From IMG/VR virus record IMGVR_UViG_3300012936_003649, positions 14,975-78,974 of that record: a DNA stretch of 64,000 bases; one strand, given 5' to 3'. The position numbers were made by a program, and so were the translations under genes. This DNA is from a virus. Below the pieces are notes generated by a model that did no database searches, was not told the origin of the DNA, and was given only the letters and a program-made list of their open reading frames with translations. This document shows positions 1 to 11,023 of the stretch, one piece after another (the first letter of the stretch is position 1; each line of letters opens with the position of its first letter).

Positions 1-1
1 A

Positions 2-3000
2 TACAATTATAATGGCACAAAGTGGAACAGAACAGTAAGTCAACGTTTTGACACAAATCTATACTGGAACTATGCAGATTGGTATGCACCAGGATACAGT
101 GCATTTACAGAAATTAATAGTTTAATAGATTTTAGTTATCAATTATCTGCATTAGAAAATGATGTAGGACAAACTGTAAAAATTGCTTCAATTGGATCTG
201 GCGGATGGTTATTGTTAGAAAAAATTGCTAATTTGGAAACTGAAGATTACACACAAAATTATAAAGTTATAGGTAAACAAAATGCAACAATACAATTCAG
301 TAATAAATTGTACAACACAAGCATCAATAGAACAGGATTTGATACTGATACATTTGATACTACTTTTTATGATAGTCAACCTGTAACAGAATCTAGAGTT
401 GTCCTAGAAACTTTAAGAGATAATATTTTTGTTGATGACTTAGAATCTCATTACAACGAATTGTTTATCGCTAGTATACGTTATGCTTTTAGTGAACAAC
501 CTAATATTGATTGGGCATTTAAAACATCTTTTATAAAAGCACAACACAATGTAGGTGAACTTGCACAAAAAGTAACTTTTAAAAATGACAATATTGATAA
601 TTATCAAGATTATATAAATGAAGTAAAACCTTTCAAAACAAAAATTAGAGAATACGTTTCTAATTATGAAAAAATCGATCCTACTAATAGCGTAGTTACT
701 GACTTTGATTTACCTCCAAGATATAATTTTGGACAAAAGAGAATATCAAGCAGTACAGCAAAAGTAAGAAACAACTTAATTTCAAGTGCGCCTAAAACAA
801 CAGAACAATATCCTGATAAGCATTGGTTAGAAAATAGTGGATATGAAATTACAGAAATTAGTGTAGGAAATACTGGCTCGAAATATACCTTACCTCCAAT
901 AGTAAGTATTGAAGGCGGCGGCGGTAGCGGAGCAAAAGCACAAGCATATTTAAATGGTGGTAAAGTTTCTAAAATTGAAGTTACTGCTACAGGCAATGGA
1001 TATTTAAAAGCACCGGATGTTATTTTAAATGGAAGTGTTGAAGATGGCGGAACAAAAGCAACTGCAAGAGCAGTCCTAGGTAATGGTAAAGTTAGAGGCA
1101 CACATGTAATATCTAGGTTTGATAGGATAAGTGGCAACCCTTATTATTTAGAAGTTGCAAGATCCGAAACATTTACTGGAGACAGTGCAACATCAGTATA
1201 CAACTTATTATGGCCAATGAACCTAAATGGTGCAAAAGTAAAAATATACATAGACGGAGTTGAATTACTGAAAAGTGAGTACACATATACAAATTACGAA
1301 GATAATACTAAAGGATATACTAGAAAACAAGGTAGAATATCATTTACTTTACCGCCAGCAACAGGAAAAGCAATTAAAATAGATTATGAATTAGCACCAG
1401 ACTTACTTACTGCTCAAGATAGAGTGCAAAGTTATTATCAACCAATAGACGGTATGATTGGTAAAGATATTTCACAACTTATGATGGGCGTTGATTTTGG
1501 TGGAGTAGAAGTTAAAAGTTTTGATTTCACTGGTTCAGGAGGTTTTGAAACAAAAGGTTTTGGAATTGAAGCATATGATGTTTATGATAATACATTTGAA
1601 GATATTATTTTTTACTTAGACGGATCTACAGCAATTCTTACTTTTGCTAAACCTTTGGAAGATGGTGTTGTATATAATGTATATAAAAATAACACAAGAT
1701 TAGATGATACTAATTTTCCTAGCAATCCTACTAACCCTAATGCTGTAATGCCTAGCATTATAGGTGATGGGTTAATTACAGAAATTAATATACAAAACTT
1801 TGGAATAACATCTAAAGATGATGATATATTCATTATAAGAAAAAGCACAAGTGATGGAAGTTTCAAACCTGATCCTGCAAGTTATGATACTCAACTTTCA
1901 GGCGGATCATTAAGTTACAGCAACGCTAAAGGTATAGATGCAAGTGATATAATTGTTGACGGTGACGGATTTATAACACCAATGACAACAACAGGACCAG
2001 AGGAACTAGTGCCAGGAAAAATTTCTGACACAGTTGATATCCAAGTGTACCATAGACCAGATGATGGAACAAGTAATGTCCAAACACAATTTTTCCAAAC
2101 AGATGGAGTCACACAAACTTATAATATAGGTATACACCCGCATAATAGTGAAGCAGTTTTTGTTACATTAGATAATGTAAGAGTCGCTAATACAGATTAC
2201 ACAATCAATTATGTAAATGACACAATTACTTTTACAACTGCACCAGTAACAGGAAAAGTATTAAGTATTGTTTGCTTAGGAATAAGTGGACAGAAAATTT
2301 TAGATATTAACAAATTTGTTGCAGATGGCAGTACAAATACATACACAACAAACATAAAATATCAAACAGGTGTAAGTCATTATGTAACAATTAACGGTGA
2401 GTCAATTACTTCTAGATTATCACAAGATGCAAATAAAAACTTTGTAATTACATTTGATACAGCACCGCAATCAGGACAAGTTGTAGATTATGGATTATTT
2501 TATACAACTGCTAAGAACTTTAGTGCAACTACTGTTCAGACTCTTGTAGGAGATGGATCAACAACAATATTTGATGTAAACCCTGCACTTGTAGGAGGCT
2601 TGCCTACTGCACAAAACGCTATAGTTGAAGTTAACAATAGTATACTTGATGCAGGTTACAATACTGAATTTACAATTACAAATGCAAATACTAGAGAGTA
2701 TCAGATACAAGAATGGCAGTTTTTCAGTAATAGCGTAAGAGGCGAAGATATAGAAGTTTATTTAAATGATGAATTGCTTGTAAAGAACATTCAATACAGA
2801 TGGGACAGTTCAAACAATAGTGTAAAACTTTCAGCAGGAGTTGGAGCAGTTAATGATAAGTTAGATGTATTTTTTAGCGTGGACGGAACTTATGCGTTTG
2901 GATATGTTGGTGTTGGTGCAGATAGTACAACTAGATTTTTACAAGACAGAAGCAAAATTTATTTTGATACAGCCCCAGGATTAGGTGAGTCAATTAGAAT

Positions 3001-4042
3001 TACATCATTTAGTAATCACGACTTGCAAGACTTTGAGCGTATTAAATATGATCTAGTAAGTAGAGTGGCACTTGTTCCTGGTACTACAAACTTCAAAGAA
3101 TATATTAATTTAAGTAACGGACTTGTAAAACTAAGAAATCCATCGCAAGATTCAGAGTATGTATGGGTAATTGTAAATGGTGTTAGATTAGCACCAAATG
3201 TTGATTATTATGTGCCTGAAGATAAGCAACACGTAAAAATATTGCAAAAATTGAATAAAAATGATCAAATAGAGATTATACAGTTTGGTGAAGAGCAACT
3301 TACACATAGATTCGGATTTAGACAGTTCAAAGATATATTGAACCGGGTTCACTACAAGAGATTGGATGATAGTAATAAGTACAAACTAGCACAAGACTTG
3401 AATTGGTGGGATACTAGAATTGAAATAGTAGACGCTTCAAAATTACCTGAGCCAGGTAAAAAGAAACAAATTCCAGGCGTTGTGTTTATTAACGGTGAAA
3501 GAATTGAGTATTACGTGAAGCAAGGTAATAGTTTACGTCAAATTAGAAGAGGTACATTAGGTACAGGTGTAAACACATTTATTGCTTCAGGAACTTCTGT
3601 AATTGATCAAAGTCCGGGCGAAAATATGCCTTATAAAGATCAAACACTTACACAAGTGTTTACAGCAGATGGTACAACAGCATCATATGATTTAGACTTT
3701 ACTCCTACTAAGGGCGTTGATGAGTTTGAAGTATTTGTTGCTGGAAAAAGACTTCGTAAAAATGCGATAAGTAGTTATCAAGTAGACACTAAAGATAGTG
3801 CAGGAAACTTTGTAACTAGGTTTATTGCACAAGATAGTGCCGAAGGTGATATAACATTGCCAGTGGAATTCACTTTGAGTGGTAGTACATTGAATTTAGC
3901 AGTAACACCTGAGCAAGATCAGAAGGTTACGGTGGTTCGAAGAGTGGGTCAAACATGGTCAAATGCAGGAGAAAGCCTAGTTGATGCAGAAAATGACGTT
4001 GCACAGTTTCTTAAGGCAAGAACAACGGAATTACCTAAATAA
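2..4042 (+). CDS. Large virion structural protein, baseplate wedge-like (5'-truncated)
   Basis: Frame is open from position 2 (YNYNGTKWNRTVSQRFDT...), so it starts before the window. >1340 aa, Thr/Asp/Gly-rich, with repeated F-x-x-DG-x-T-x-x-[YF] modules and a GGGGSGAKAQA...V...G.GY...P.V segment. Heads a run of tail genes. Confidence 0.65.
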   Translation, partial: YNYNGTKWNRTVSQRFDTNLYWNYADWYAPGYSAFTEINSLIDFSYQLSALENDVGQTVKIASIGSGGWLLLEKIANLETEDYTQNYKVIGKQNATIQFSNKLYNTSINRTGFDTDTFDTTFYDSQPVTESRVVLETLRDNIFVDDLESHYNELFIASIRYAFSEQPNIDWAFKTSFIKAQHNVGELAQKVTFKNDNIDNYQDYINEVKPFKTKIREYVSNYEKIDPTNSVVTDFDLPPRYNFGQKRISSSTAKVRNNLISSAPKTTEQYPDKHWLENSGYEITEISVGNTGSKYTLPPIVSIEGGGGSGAKAQAYLNGGKVSKIEVTATGNGYLKAPDVILNGSVEDGGTKATARAVLGNGKVRGTHVISRFDRISGNPYYLEVARSETFTGDSATSVYNLLWPMNLNGAKVKIYIDGVELLKSEYTYTNYEDNTKGYTRKQGRISFTLPPATGKAIKIDYELAPDLLTAQDRVQSYYQPIDGMIGKDISQLMMGVDFGGVEVKSFDFTGSGGFETKGFGIEAYDVYDNTFEDIIFYLDGSTAILTFAKPLEDGVVYNVYKNNTRLDDTNFPSNPTNPNAVMPSIIGDGLITEINIQNFGITSKDDDIFIIRKSTSDGSFKPDPASYDTQLSGGSLSYSNAKGIDASDIIVDGDGFITPMTTTGPEELVPGKISDTVDIQVYHRPDDGTSNVQTQFFQTDGVTQTYNIGIHPHNSEAVFVTLDNVRVANTDYTINYVNDTITFTTAPVTGKVLSIVCLGISGQKILDINKFVADGSTNTYTTNIKYQTGVSHYVTINGESITSRLSQDANKNFVITFDTAPQSGQVVDYGLFYTTAKNFSATTVQTLVGDGSTTIFDVNPALVGGLPTAQNAIVEVNNSILDAGYNTEFTITNANTREYQIQEWQFFSNSVRGEDIEVYLNDELLVKNIQYRWDSSNNSVKLSAGVGAVNDKLDVFFSVDGTYAFGYVGVGADSTTRFLQDRSKIYFDTAPGLGESIRITSFSNHDLQDFERIKYDLVSRVALVPGTTNFKEYINLSNGLVKLRNPSQDSEYVWVIVNGVRLAPNVDYYVPEDKQHVKILQKLNKNDQIEIIQFGEEQLTHRFGFRQFKDILNRVHYKRLDDSNKYKLAQDLNWWDTRIEIVDASKLPEPGKKKQIPGVVFINGERIEYYVKQGNSLRQIRRGTLGTGVNTFIASGTSVIDQSPGENMPYKDQTLTQVFTADGTTASYDLDFTPTKGVDEFEVFVAGKRLRKNAISSYQVDTKDSAGNFVTRFIAQDSAEGDITLPVEFTLSGSTLNLAVTPEQDQKVTVVRRVGQTWSNAGESLVDAENDVAQFLKARTTELPK

Positions 4043-4045
4043 ATA
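4038..4045 (+). promoter_or_regulatory. T4-like late promoter box AATAAATA
   Basis: Overlaps the stop of the upstream gene, 20 nt before ATG 4066; same motif precedes other structural genes. Confidence 0.5.
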
Positions 4046-4065
4046 CAGTAGCAGTGAGAGAAAAC

Positions 4066-4671
4066 ATGACAGACAAATTAAATGATAAAAGCGGAGTAGT
4101 AGTTAAAGGACATATCAAAATACACGATCCTAAAACTGGTGAAGTGTATGTTGATAAGCGTAATGCTATCCACTATGAAAATATGAGTATTGCTCTTGCA
4201 GAAAGCCTTGCAAATCAAGGTCAAGGCATGATATATGAAATGAGTTTTGGTAACGGAGGAACAAGTGTTGATCCTACAGGAGTAATTACATATCTTACAC
4301 CTAACTCAACAGGAACAAATGCAAGTTTGTATAACCAAACATTTACAAAAGTAGTAGATGATAGGAGTACAAGTAATACAGATCCTGTAAGAAATAAAAT
4401 AGAAACACGTCATGTAAGCGGAACAAATTATACAGATATTGTTGTAACTTGTTTATTAGACTATGGTGAACCAGAAGGTCAAGATGCATTTGATACTGCT
4501 ACAGATACAGAAAACCTTTATGTGTTTGATGAATTAGGACTTAAAAGTTATAGTCCATCAGGTGAAGGTAGATTAATTACACATGTTATTTTCCACCCTG
4601 TACAAAAAAGTTTAAACAGATTAGTTCAAATTGATTATACAGTGCGTGTACAAAGTTTGTCAGGAGTATAA
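4066..4671 (+). CDS. Virion structural protein (baseplate/tail associated)
   Basis: ATG 4066 after GAGAG; FGNGG and FDELGL...LITHVIFHPVQKS motifs; located between baseplate and fibre genes. Confidence 0.55.
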   Translation: MTDKLNDKSGVVVKGHIKIHDPKTGEVYVDKRNAIHYENMSIALAESLANQGQGMIYEMSFGNGGTSVDPTGVITYLTPNSTGTNASLYNQTFTKVVDDRSTSNTDPVRNKIETRHVSGTNYTDIVVTCLLDYGEPEGQDAFDTATDTENLYVFDELGLKSYSPSGEGRLITHVIFHPVQKSLNRLVQIDYTVRVQSLSGV

Positions 4672-4674
4672 TAG

Positions 4675-6699
4675 ATGCCTTATACAATTAATTTCACTGA
4701 CGTAACAAACAAAGGTAGCATAACCGTTGAAGACAATGATATCAACGTAACAACTAGTTTAAGTTTAGTTGGACGTAATACAACAAGTTATGGTGTTGAA
4801 TTTAATCAAAACTTTTTAAAACTTTTAGAAAATTTTGCAAACTCAAGTGCTCCAACAAATCCAGTTGAAGGACAGTTATGGTATGATACAACTGCTGGCG
4901 GCGAACAATTAAAAGTTTATGACGGCACAACTTGGGTAGCAAGTGGAGGTTTGAAAAAAGCAATTGACGAACCAGGAGCGGCACAATCCGTTACTGGAGA
5001 TTTATGGGTAGACACAGATAATCAACAATTATATCTTTATACAGGTTCAGGCTGGACTCTAATTGGTCCTAATTATGCAGGCGGACTTAATACTGGTGTT
5101 AGTCCTGTAAAAATTATTGGACAAGACAATATTGAATATTCAGCACTACAAGTTGAAATAAGTGCAAAGCCGGTGGCTATAATAAGTTCAGATACATTTA
5201 CACCAAGAGCACAAATAAATGGCTTTGGACAAATTAATCCAGGTGTCAATTTAAGCACAGCAGACATCACAGGAGACGGCGCTCCAAGATTTTATGGACC
5301 AGCAGAGCAAGCAGAAAATTTAGTTGTTGCTGGTACTAAGGTTCCAGCGGCAAATTTTTTACGTGGTGATGTAGTTAGTACAACAACAAACCAATTAAAA
5401 GTTAATACAGATGATGGTATTATTTTAGGAAGTGGTAACCAAGTTGCACTAGGAGTTGAAGGGCAAATTGGTGTTATAAGTCATAACACAAGCGGATCAA
5501 GTTTAGATGTTCGTGTAAATGATCAAGGTACAACAAAAACAGTAATGCGTGTTGACTCTACAACGAATATTGGTATTAATAATACGGCTCCAAGTGAAGC
5601 ATTAGATGTAACAGGAAATATAAAAGTAAGTCAAGGTATAACTATTGATGGAACAACAGCAAGTTCAAACTTTGGAACAGGTAGTTTAATTGTAAAAGGT
5701 GGCGCTGGTTTTGCAGGAGATGTTAATATTGGCGGTACTATAAATGTAATAGGCGATACAGAAACAAGAAATGTTATTCCAGATGTAACAAATTCACGTA
5801 ACATAGGTTCCTTAGCAAACAAATATGCAGGAATATATGCAACTAATTTTTTCGGAAATGTTACAGGTAACGTTACAGGGCAAGTAAGTGGTAGAGCAGG
5901 AAGTGCAGACAAAATATCTAGTGCTACAAACTTTACAATGGCAGGAGAAGTAAGTGCGCCTACTATTATCTTTGACGGGCAAACAGGCGGAACTACAAAA
6001 ACATTTCAAACTACCGTTGCAAATAGTTTTATCAGTAATAAAACTTATACAAATGCCGCTGACGCTAGTGATGAATTTTTATTAAACAGAGTTCAAGGAC
6101 AAGTTGGCTTATACAGGATTAGTAGAAGAGATTTACTGTCAACAGTTCCAGTTAATCCTCCAGGAGTAATGATGCCTTATGCAGGTACTACTGCTCCTAG
6201 TTTTTGGTTATTGTGTTACGGACAAGAAGTATTACAAGCAGATTATCCTGAGTTATTCGATGTAATTGGATTTACTTATAAGCAGTCGGGATTACTGAGT
6301 GATCTTGGAGTAGCAAAATTTGCTTTACCTGATATGCGTGGTAGAACTGTAATGGGACTTGATGATATGGGCGGAACCGGTGCAGGAAGAGTTACAGGCT
6401 TACAAGGTAGTGAGTTAGGTAATAGCGGCGGTCAAGAAACAGTAACTATACAAAATGTTAATTTACCTGATCACGAGCACGATTTAGTTGTTGAAGGCAC
6501 ACAGTTTTATGCAATACTAGATGCACAAAAAGGTGTAAACAGTCCTGCGTCATCAATAATTTTTGATGCACCAACAGGACAAAATGCAGGGCAGGCTGTA
6601 ACAACAAGTGGCGGAGTTTCTGGAACCACAGGGCAGGCTATGGAAACACTAAGTCCGTTTATGTCCTTAAATTATATAATTTACACAGGGAAAGTTTAA
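4675..6699 (+). CDS. Tail fibre protein with C-terminal phage tail-collar domain
   Basis: PPGVMMPYAGTTAPSFWLLCYGQEV...YPELFDVIG...FALPDMRGRTVMG is the tail-collar signature; N-terminal module shared with the next two genes. Confidence 0.8.
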   Translation: MPYTINFTDVTNKGSITVEDNDINVTTSLSLVGRNTTSYGVEFNQNFLKLLENFANSSAPTNPVEGQLWYDTTAGGEQLKVYDGTTWVASGGLKKAIDEPGAAQSVTGDLWVDTDNQQLYLYTGSGWTLIGPNYAGGLNTGVSPVKIIGQDNIEYSALQVEISAKPVAIISSDTFTPRAQINGFGQINPGVNLSTADITGDGAPRFYGPAEQAENLVVAGTKVPAANFLRGDVVSTTTNQLKVNTDDGIILGSGNQVALGVEGQIGVISHNTSGSSLDVRVNDQGTTKTVMRVDSTTNIGINNTAPSEALDVTGNIKVSQGITIDGTTASSNFGTGSLIVKGGAGFAGDVNIGGTINVIGDTETRNVIPDVTNSRNIGSLANKYAGIYATNFFGNVTGNVTGQVSGRAGSADKISSATNFTMAGEVSAPTIIFDGQTGGTTKTFQTTVANSFISNKTYTNAADASDEFLLNRVQGQVGLYRISRRDLLSTVPVNPPGVMMPYAGTTAPSFWLLCYGQEVLQADYPELFDVIGFTYKQSGLLSDLGVAKFALPDMRGRTVMGLDDMGGTGAGRVTGLQGSELGNSGGQETVTIQNVNLPDHEHDLVVEGTQFYAILDAQKGVNSPASSIIFDAPTGQNAGQAVTTSGGVSGTTGQAMETLSPFMSLNYIIYTGKV

Positions 6700-8516
6700 T
6701 GGCGTATAAACTAAACAAAACAGACGGCACGTTACTAGTAGATTTAATTGACGGTACTATTGATGTTAATAGTACATCTCTTACATTAGTAGGTAGAAAT
6801 TATACAGGATACGGTGAAGCATTTAATGAAAATTTTATAAAATTATTAGAGAACTTTAGTAATGCTAATTCACCTATCAATCCTATTAAAGGACAACTTT
6901 GGTGGGACACAACAGAAGCACGTCTTAAAGTTTATGAAGGTTCTGTATTTAAAGCAGTAGGTGGACCTTTTGTTCAAAAAGATCAACCCGCAATGGTTGC
7001 TGGTGATTTATGGATGGACAATGTTAACAATCAACTTTATTTTTTCGATGGAACTGATTTAGTATTAGCAGGACCTATTTACAAAGCAGGACAAGGTGAA
7101 ACAGGATTTAGAATTGAAAGTGTACTTGATACTCAAGATAGAAGTCGTACACTTGCAAGTTTGTATTTAGGTAACGGCACTGACGGTACTACTTCTAGAG
7201 CCGCTGTAATTAGTAATGTAGAATTTACACCGGCAGTTGGATATGGAATAACAGGTATCACAGGAAATATCAAAAAAGGTATAAACATTATTGACAAAGA
7301 TAATTTTATATTTGAAGGTACAGCAGATGCCGCTAAAGCATTAATTAAAGCAGATGGTACAAAAGTTGGTGCAGATAATTTTGTTAGTTCAACAACAAAT
7401 AATGTTGTTACAGGATCGCTTGCAGTAAGTAATTCATCAGGTATTACTATTGGACCAAATGCTAACCAAACATTAAGTATTATTGGAAACTCATTTGTTT
7501 CTGGCAATGCACAACTAGATGAAAACTATTCAATAAGAGTTACAAGTTCAGCCGCAGGAGCACAACAAGTTGATGCTATATTCATAGACGCGGCTAATAA
7601 GCGTGTAGGTATATTTGACAATACACCAGAATATACATTAGATGTTACAGGAGATATTCGTGTAACTGGAAATTTATTAGTAGAAGGTTCAAGTGCAAGT
7701 ATAGATGTAAGTAATTTAAGAGTTGAAGACAAACAAATTGAACTTGCGATTACAAGTGATAGTACTCTTTTAACAGATGCTGGAGTCAACGATGCTGGTA
7801 TGGTTATTAGAGTTACAGGTGCAGATAAAAAATGGACTTGGTTACAAGCAACAAATAGTTGGACTACAACGGAAAATATTGATCTAACTACAGGAAACCA
7901 ATACAAAATTAACGGTACATCAGTTTTAAGTGGTAATACATTAGGAGCAGGTGTTACAGCATCTAGTCTTACAACTGTAGGTACATTAGTAAACTTAGAC
8001 GTTGATAATATTAATATCAACGGTAGTACAATTACAGCCGCTAGTGGAATGACGATAAATGCAAACGGTGATGTTAATTTTGCTAATCAAAAAATTACTG
8101 CTATAGCAACACCGTCAAATGCAACAGACGCGGCATCAAAACAATATGTTGATGAATCAATTGCGGCGTCGGCTATTTCATTTAGTATGGACGTTACTGG
8201 ATTGAACGATACACAAATTGGATTAGTACTAAACGATCTTGTGCCTGCAGGCACTGTTGCAAACGGAACAACTGCAAGAATACATTGTACAACACTTGGC
8301 GGCGCAAGTGTTACAGGCATTGATATTACCGCAGTTACAAGTAAATCATTTATAGCAGTAGACGCCGCAGGAGTTCAAAACGAATCAGTGTTACAAGATG
8401 TTGGTTTTGGAAGTGCAACAGGTACAGTTACGGTGACTGTGTCTAGATCATTAAAGGAGTACATCACAGCAGGTGGTAATTGGACATTTAGTCAAAACCT
8501 TACATCTAGTGTGTAA
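6699..8516 (+). CDS. Tail fibre protein (paralogue)
   Basis: N-terminus LVGRNYTGYGEAFNENFIKLLENF...GQLWWDT matches 4675 and 8549; beta-rich fibre-like body with DAASKQYVD motif. Confidence 0.7.
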   Translation: MAYKLNKTDGTLLVDLIDGTIDVNSTSLTLVGRNYTGYGEAFNENFIKLLENFSNANSPINPIKGQLWWDTTEARLKVYEGSVFKAVGGPFVQKDQPAMVAGDLWMDNVNNQLYFFDGTDLVLAGPIYKAGQGETGFRIESVLDTQDRSRTLASLYLGNGTDGTTSRAAVISNVEFTPAVGYGITGITGNIKKGINIIDKDNFIFEGTADAAKALIKADGTKVGADNFVSSTTNNVVTGSLAVSNSSGITIGPNANQTLSIIGNSFVSGNAQLDENYSIRVTSSAAGAQQVDAIFIDAANKRVGIFDNTPEYTLDVTGDIRVTGNLLVEGSSASIDVSNLRVEDKQIELAITSDSTLLTDAGVNDAGMVIRVTGADKKWTWLQATNSWTTTENIDLTTGNQYKINGTSVLSGNTLGAGVTASSLTTVGTLVNLDVDNININGSTITAASGMTINANGDVNFANQKITAIATPSNATDAASKQYVDESIAASAISFSMDVTGLNDTQIGLVLNDLVPAGTVANGTTARIHCTTLGGASVTGIDITAVTSKSFIAVDAAGVQNESVLQDVGFGSATGTVTVTVSRSLKEYITAGGNWTFSQNLTSSV

Positions 8517-8524
8517 GATAAATA
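8517..8524 (+). promoter_or_regulatory. T4-like late promoter box GATAAATA
   Basis: Intergenic, 24 nt before ATG 8549. Confidence 0.5.
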
Positions 8525-8548
8525 TAGTTATAATTAAAGGGTTGAAAC

Positions 8549-10030
8549 ATGGCTTATACAATTAACAAATACAGCGGAGCAACACTAGTAGTAGTGCAAG
8601 ACGGCACCGTTGATCTTACAACAGATTTAACATTTGTTGGTAAGAACTATGCCGGATACGGCGAAATACAAAATGAAAACTTTTTGTTTTTATTAGAAAA
8701 CTTTAGCGGAACTTCACAACCGCCAAAACCAGTCAGCGGGCAAATATGGCATGATTCAACAAACGGAAAAATTAAATTCTACGATGGTACAAAATTTAAA
8801 ACTACAGGCGGTGCAGAAGTTTCAACCACACAGCCAACAGGTTTAACAGCAGGAGATTTTTGGTGGGATTCAGGTAATAGCCAACTTTATACTTATAATG
8901 GTACATCATTTGTATTAGTAGGACCTCAAGGAGCAGGTTCCGGATTAACACAGATGCAGAGTAAAACAGTTCGTGATATCTCAAATGTTAACCACAGTGT
9001 GATTGCCGCAACAATTGAAGATGAAATTATTTACATTATAAGCGGGCAAGAATTTACTATTGATAGCACAGATCCTTTAAACGCTATAACAGGATTTGAT
9101 GTAGTTAAGAAAGGCTTAACACTTGTTAACACAACTGATGCAACTAATGGTGTAACTACACCTGCAGGACATTATTATTGGGGAACAGCAAGTAATGCCT
9201 TAAAACTAAATGGTTTAGAAGCAAGCAGTTTTGTACAAAGTTCTCCAGGCGTAGCAACTGAGTTTACTGATATTGTAAGATTTCCAGACGCAGGTATAAC
9301 AGTAGGTGATCAAAACGACTTACACATCTACATCGAAAATGGTAACCAAGGTGTTATTGCAAACGAAGTTGGTACAAATAATATTATAAGATTCAAAACA
9401 AGCAATGCTAATAGTGTGCAAACAAATAGTGTTATAATCCAGTCAACAGGAATGAATCCTGGTTCAACAAGCACATACACATTAGGATCAAGTATTGCAA
9501 AATGGTCAAACGTTTGGGCAGATAACTTCCAAGGCAATGCATCAAGTGCAAGTGCTATTAGATTTAATAGTGCAGATTATGCAGGAGATACAAGTGCTAT
9601 TGCAAGTACAACAGCATTAAGAGATAGTTCGGGCGATTTACATGCTAATTTCTTTAGAGGAACTGCAACACAAGCACAATACGCAGACCTTGCAGAAAAT
9701 TATGAAACAAATGAGCATTTACCAATTGGAACAGTAGTAGCAGTAGGCGGAGAAAAAGAAGTTCGTCCAGCAAAAGTAAGTGATTTTGCTATAGGTGTTA
9801 TTTCAGAATCACCAGCATATTTAATGAATAGTATGTCCGAAGGACAGGCAGTCGGCTTAAAAGGTCGTTTGCCAGTAAGAGTAAAAGGTCCAGTATCAAA
9901 AGGACAAGCAGTTTATGCATGGCAGGACGGTGTTGCTTCAACTATTGCTAGTAACGGATTAGTAGGTGTTGCATTAGAATCAAGCACTTCTGATACGGAG
10001 CAGTTAATAGAGTGTGTTTTAAAAGTATAA
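8549..10030 (+). CDS. Tail fibre protein with C-terminal chaperone-like (peptidase G2-like) domain
   Basis: Shared N-terminal module; C-terminus ADLAENY...GTVVAVGGEKEV...IGVISESPAYLMN...GRLPVRVKG resembles fibre intramolecular-chaperone domains. Confidence 0.65.
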   Translation: MAYTINKYSGATLVVVQDGTVDLTTDLTFVGKNYAGYGEIQNENFLFLLENFSGTSQPPKPVSGQIWHDSTNGKIKFYDGTKFKTTGGAEVSTTQPTGLTAGDFWWDSGNSQLYTYNGTSFVLVGPQGAGSGLTQMQSKTVRDISNVNHSVIAATIEDEIIYIISGQEFTIDSTDPLNAITGFDVVKKGLTLVNTTDATNGVTTPAGHYYWGTASNALKLNGLEASSFVQSSPGVATEFTDIVRFPDAGITVGDQNDLHIYIENGNQGVIANEVGTNNIIRFKTSNANSVQTNSVIIQSTGMNPGSTSTYTLGSSIAKWSNVWADNFQGNASSASAIRFNSADYAGDTSAIASTTALRDSSGDLHANFFRGTATQAQYADLAENYETNEHLPIGTVVAVGGEKEVRPAKVSDFAIGVISESPAYLMNSMSEGQAVGLKGRLPVRVKGPVSKGQAVYAWQDGVASTIASNGLVGVALESSTSDTEQLIECVLKV

Positions 10031-10033
10031 ATA
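10026..10033 (+). promoter_or_regulatory. T4 late promoter consensus TATAAATA
   Basis: Exact consensus before AAGGAAG and ATG 10062. Confidence 0.6.
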
Positions 10034-10061
10034 TTAAAACACGTATATAAAGGAAGTAAGC

Positions 10062-10970
10062 ATGGCAGTTGGCGATTTAATTACAGCCGCAAGATACAAC
10101 AACGCACAAGGAAGAGTAAGTGCAATTCTTGGTAATGGATCAGGCAATGAAGGCTATGGTCAAACTGTTAATAGTCAGCAAGTTTCAAGCAATGTTGTAA
10201 TTGATGCAACGCATGTAAACGCTATGTTTACAGATTTAAAAAATATTTTTGTTCATCAGACAGGTGGTAATCCAAATTCTATTGCAGAAGTAGAAGTAGG
10301 CGATACTGTCGCTGAAGATACCAGTGGAGCAGACACAAAAGAAGGCTTCAAAGATTACGAAGATTTTATAGGCATAATAGAAACATCAGCAAACAGGTTT
10401 AGATTGGCATCAGCACAAAGTAGTGTAGTCGCTAGTGCAGAAACAATTCAACGCAGGAACCAATGGACAGCACCAATTGAGTGTGAATTTCAAATTGCAT
10501 TTGCAGATGGCGATGCACGTAGACATTTTTTTAATGCTGGTGGATCTTTAACTTTTATAAGTTCATTAAGTGGAACTCCTACTTCAGGAGATAGTGTTGC
10601 AAAAAGTCAAGACTGGGCCGCAATACTCGGAAATGCAGGAACAGTGTCTATGAATCACGATATAACAACAACATCTGGAACGGGTGTTGTACAAAATATT
10701 GGAAATTTTGACTTAACAACTTCGTATCAAGAAATATATAGAAAATCAGCAACTGGAGTTTATGGCAATAATAACTATATTCTTTCTGCCAAGGCTCCTA
10801 CTAGTTCTACGATAAGAGTGAAATACGAATTTTATGATGACAACCCGGGTGGTTTCAAAATTGATGAACCAGTTCAAGGATTATTAGAAGCCAAAATAGG
10901 ATTTGTGAGAGCAAGTGGATCTTTTGTTGATACCCCAGCACCAGCATTTTCGGCTACAGATAGTCTTTGA
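10062..10970 (+). CDS. Putative virion structural protein (paralogue A)
   Basis: MAVGDLITAARYNN...ARRHFFNAGG; strongly similar to the next gene. Confidence 0.55.
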   Translation: MAVGDLITAARYNNAQGRVSAILGNGSGNEGYGQTVNSQQVSSNVVIDATHVNAMFTDLKNIFVHQTGGNPNSIAEVEVGDTVAEDTSGADTKEGFKDYEDFIGIIETSANRFRLASAQSSVVASAETIQRRNQWTAPIECEFQIAFADGDARRHFFNAGGSLTFISSLSGTPTSGDSVAKSQDWAAILGNAGTVSMNHDITTTSGTGVVQNIGNFDLTTSYQEIYRKSATGVYGNNNYILSAKAPTSSTIRVKYEFYDDNPGGFKIDEPVQGLLEAKIGFVRASGSFVDTPAPAFSATDSL

Positions 10971-10995
10971 CATAATTAACATAGTATAGTATAAT
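10967..10995 (+). promoter_or_regulatory. Sigma70-type promoter TTGACA-N17-TATAAT
   Basis: Perfect consensus, followed by GGAG and ATG 11024. Confidence 0.75.
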
Positions 10996-11023
10996 ATTAC
11001 TATACAATTGGAGAGAAGAGTAA

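Noticed and set aside
664-9537. Numerous minus-strand ORFs within the structural genes, and similar shadow ORFs across the window
   Set aside because: They are antisense or alternate-frame shadows of long genes with biased codons, without RBS or recognisable motifs.
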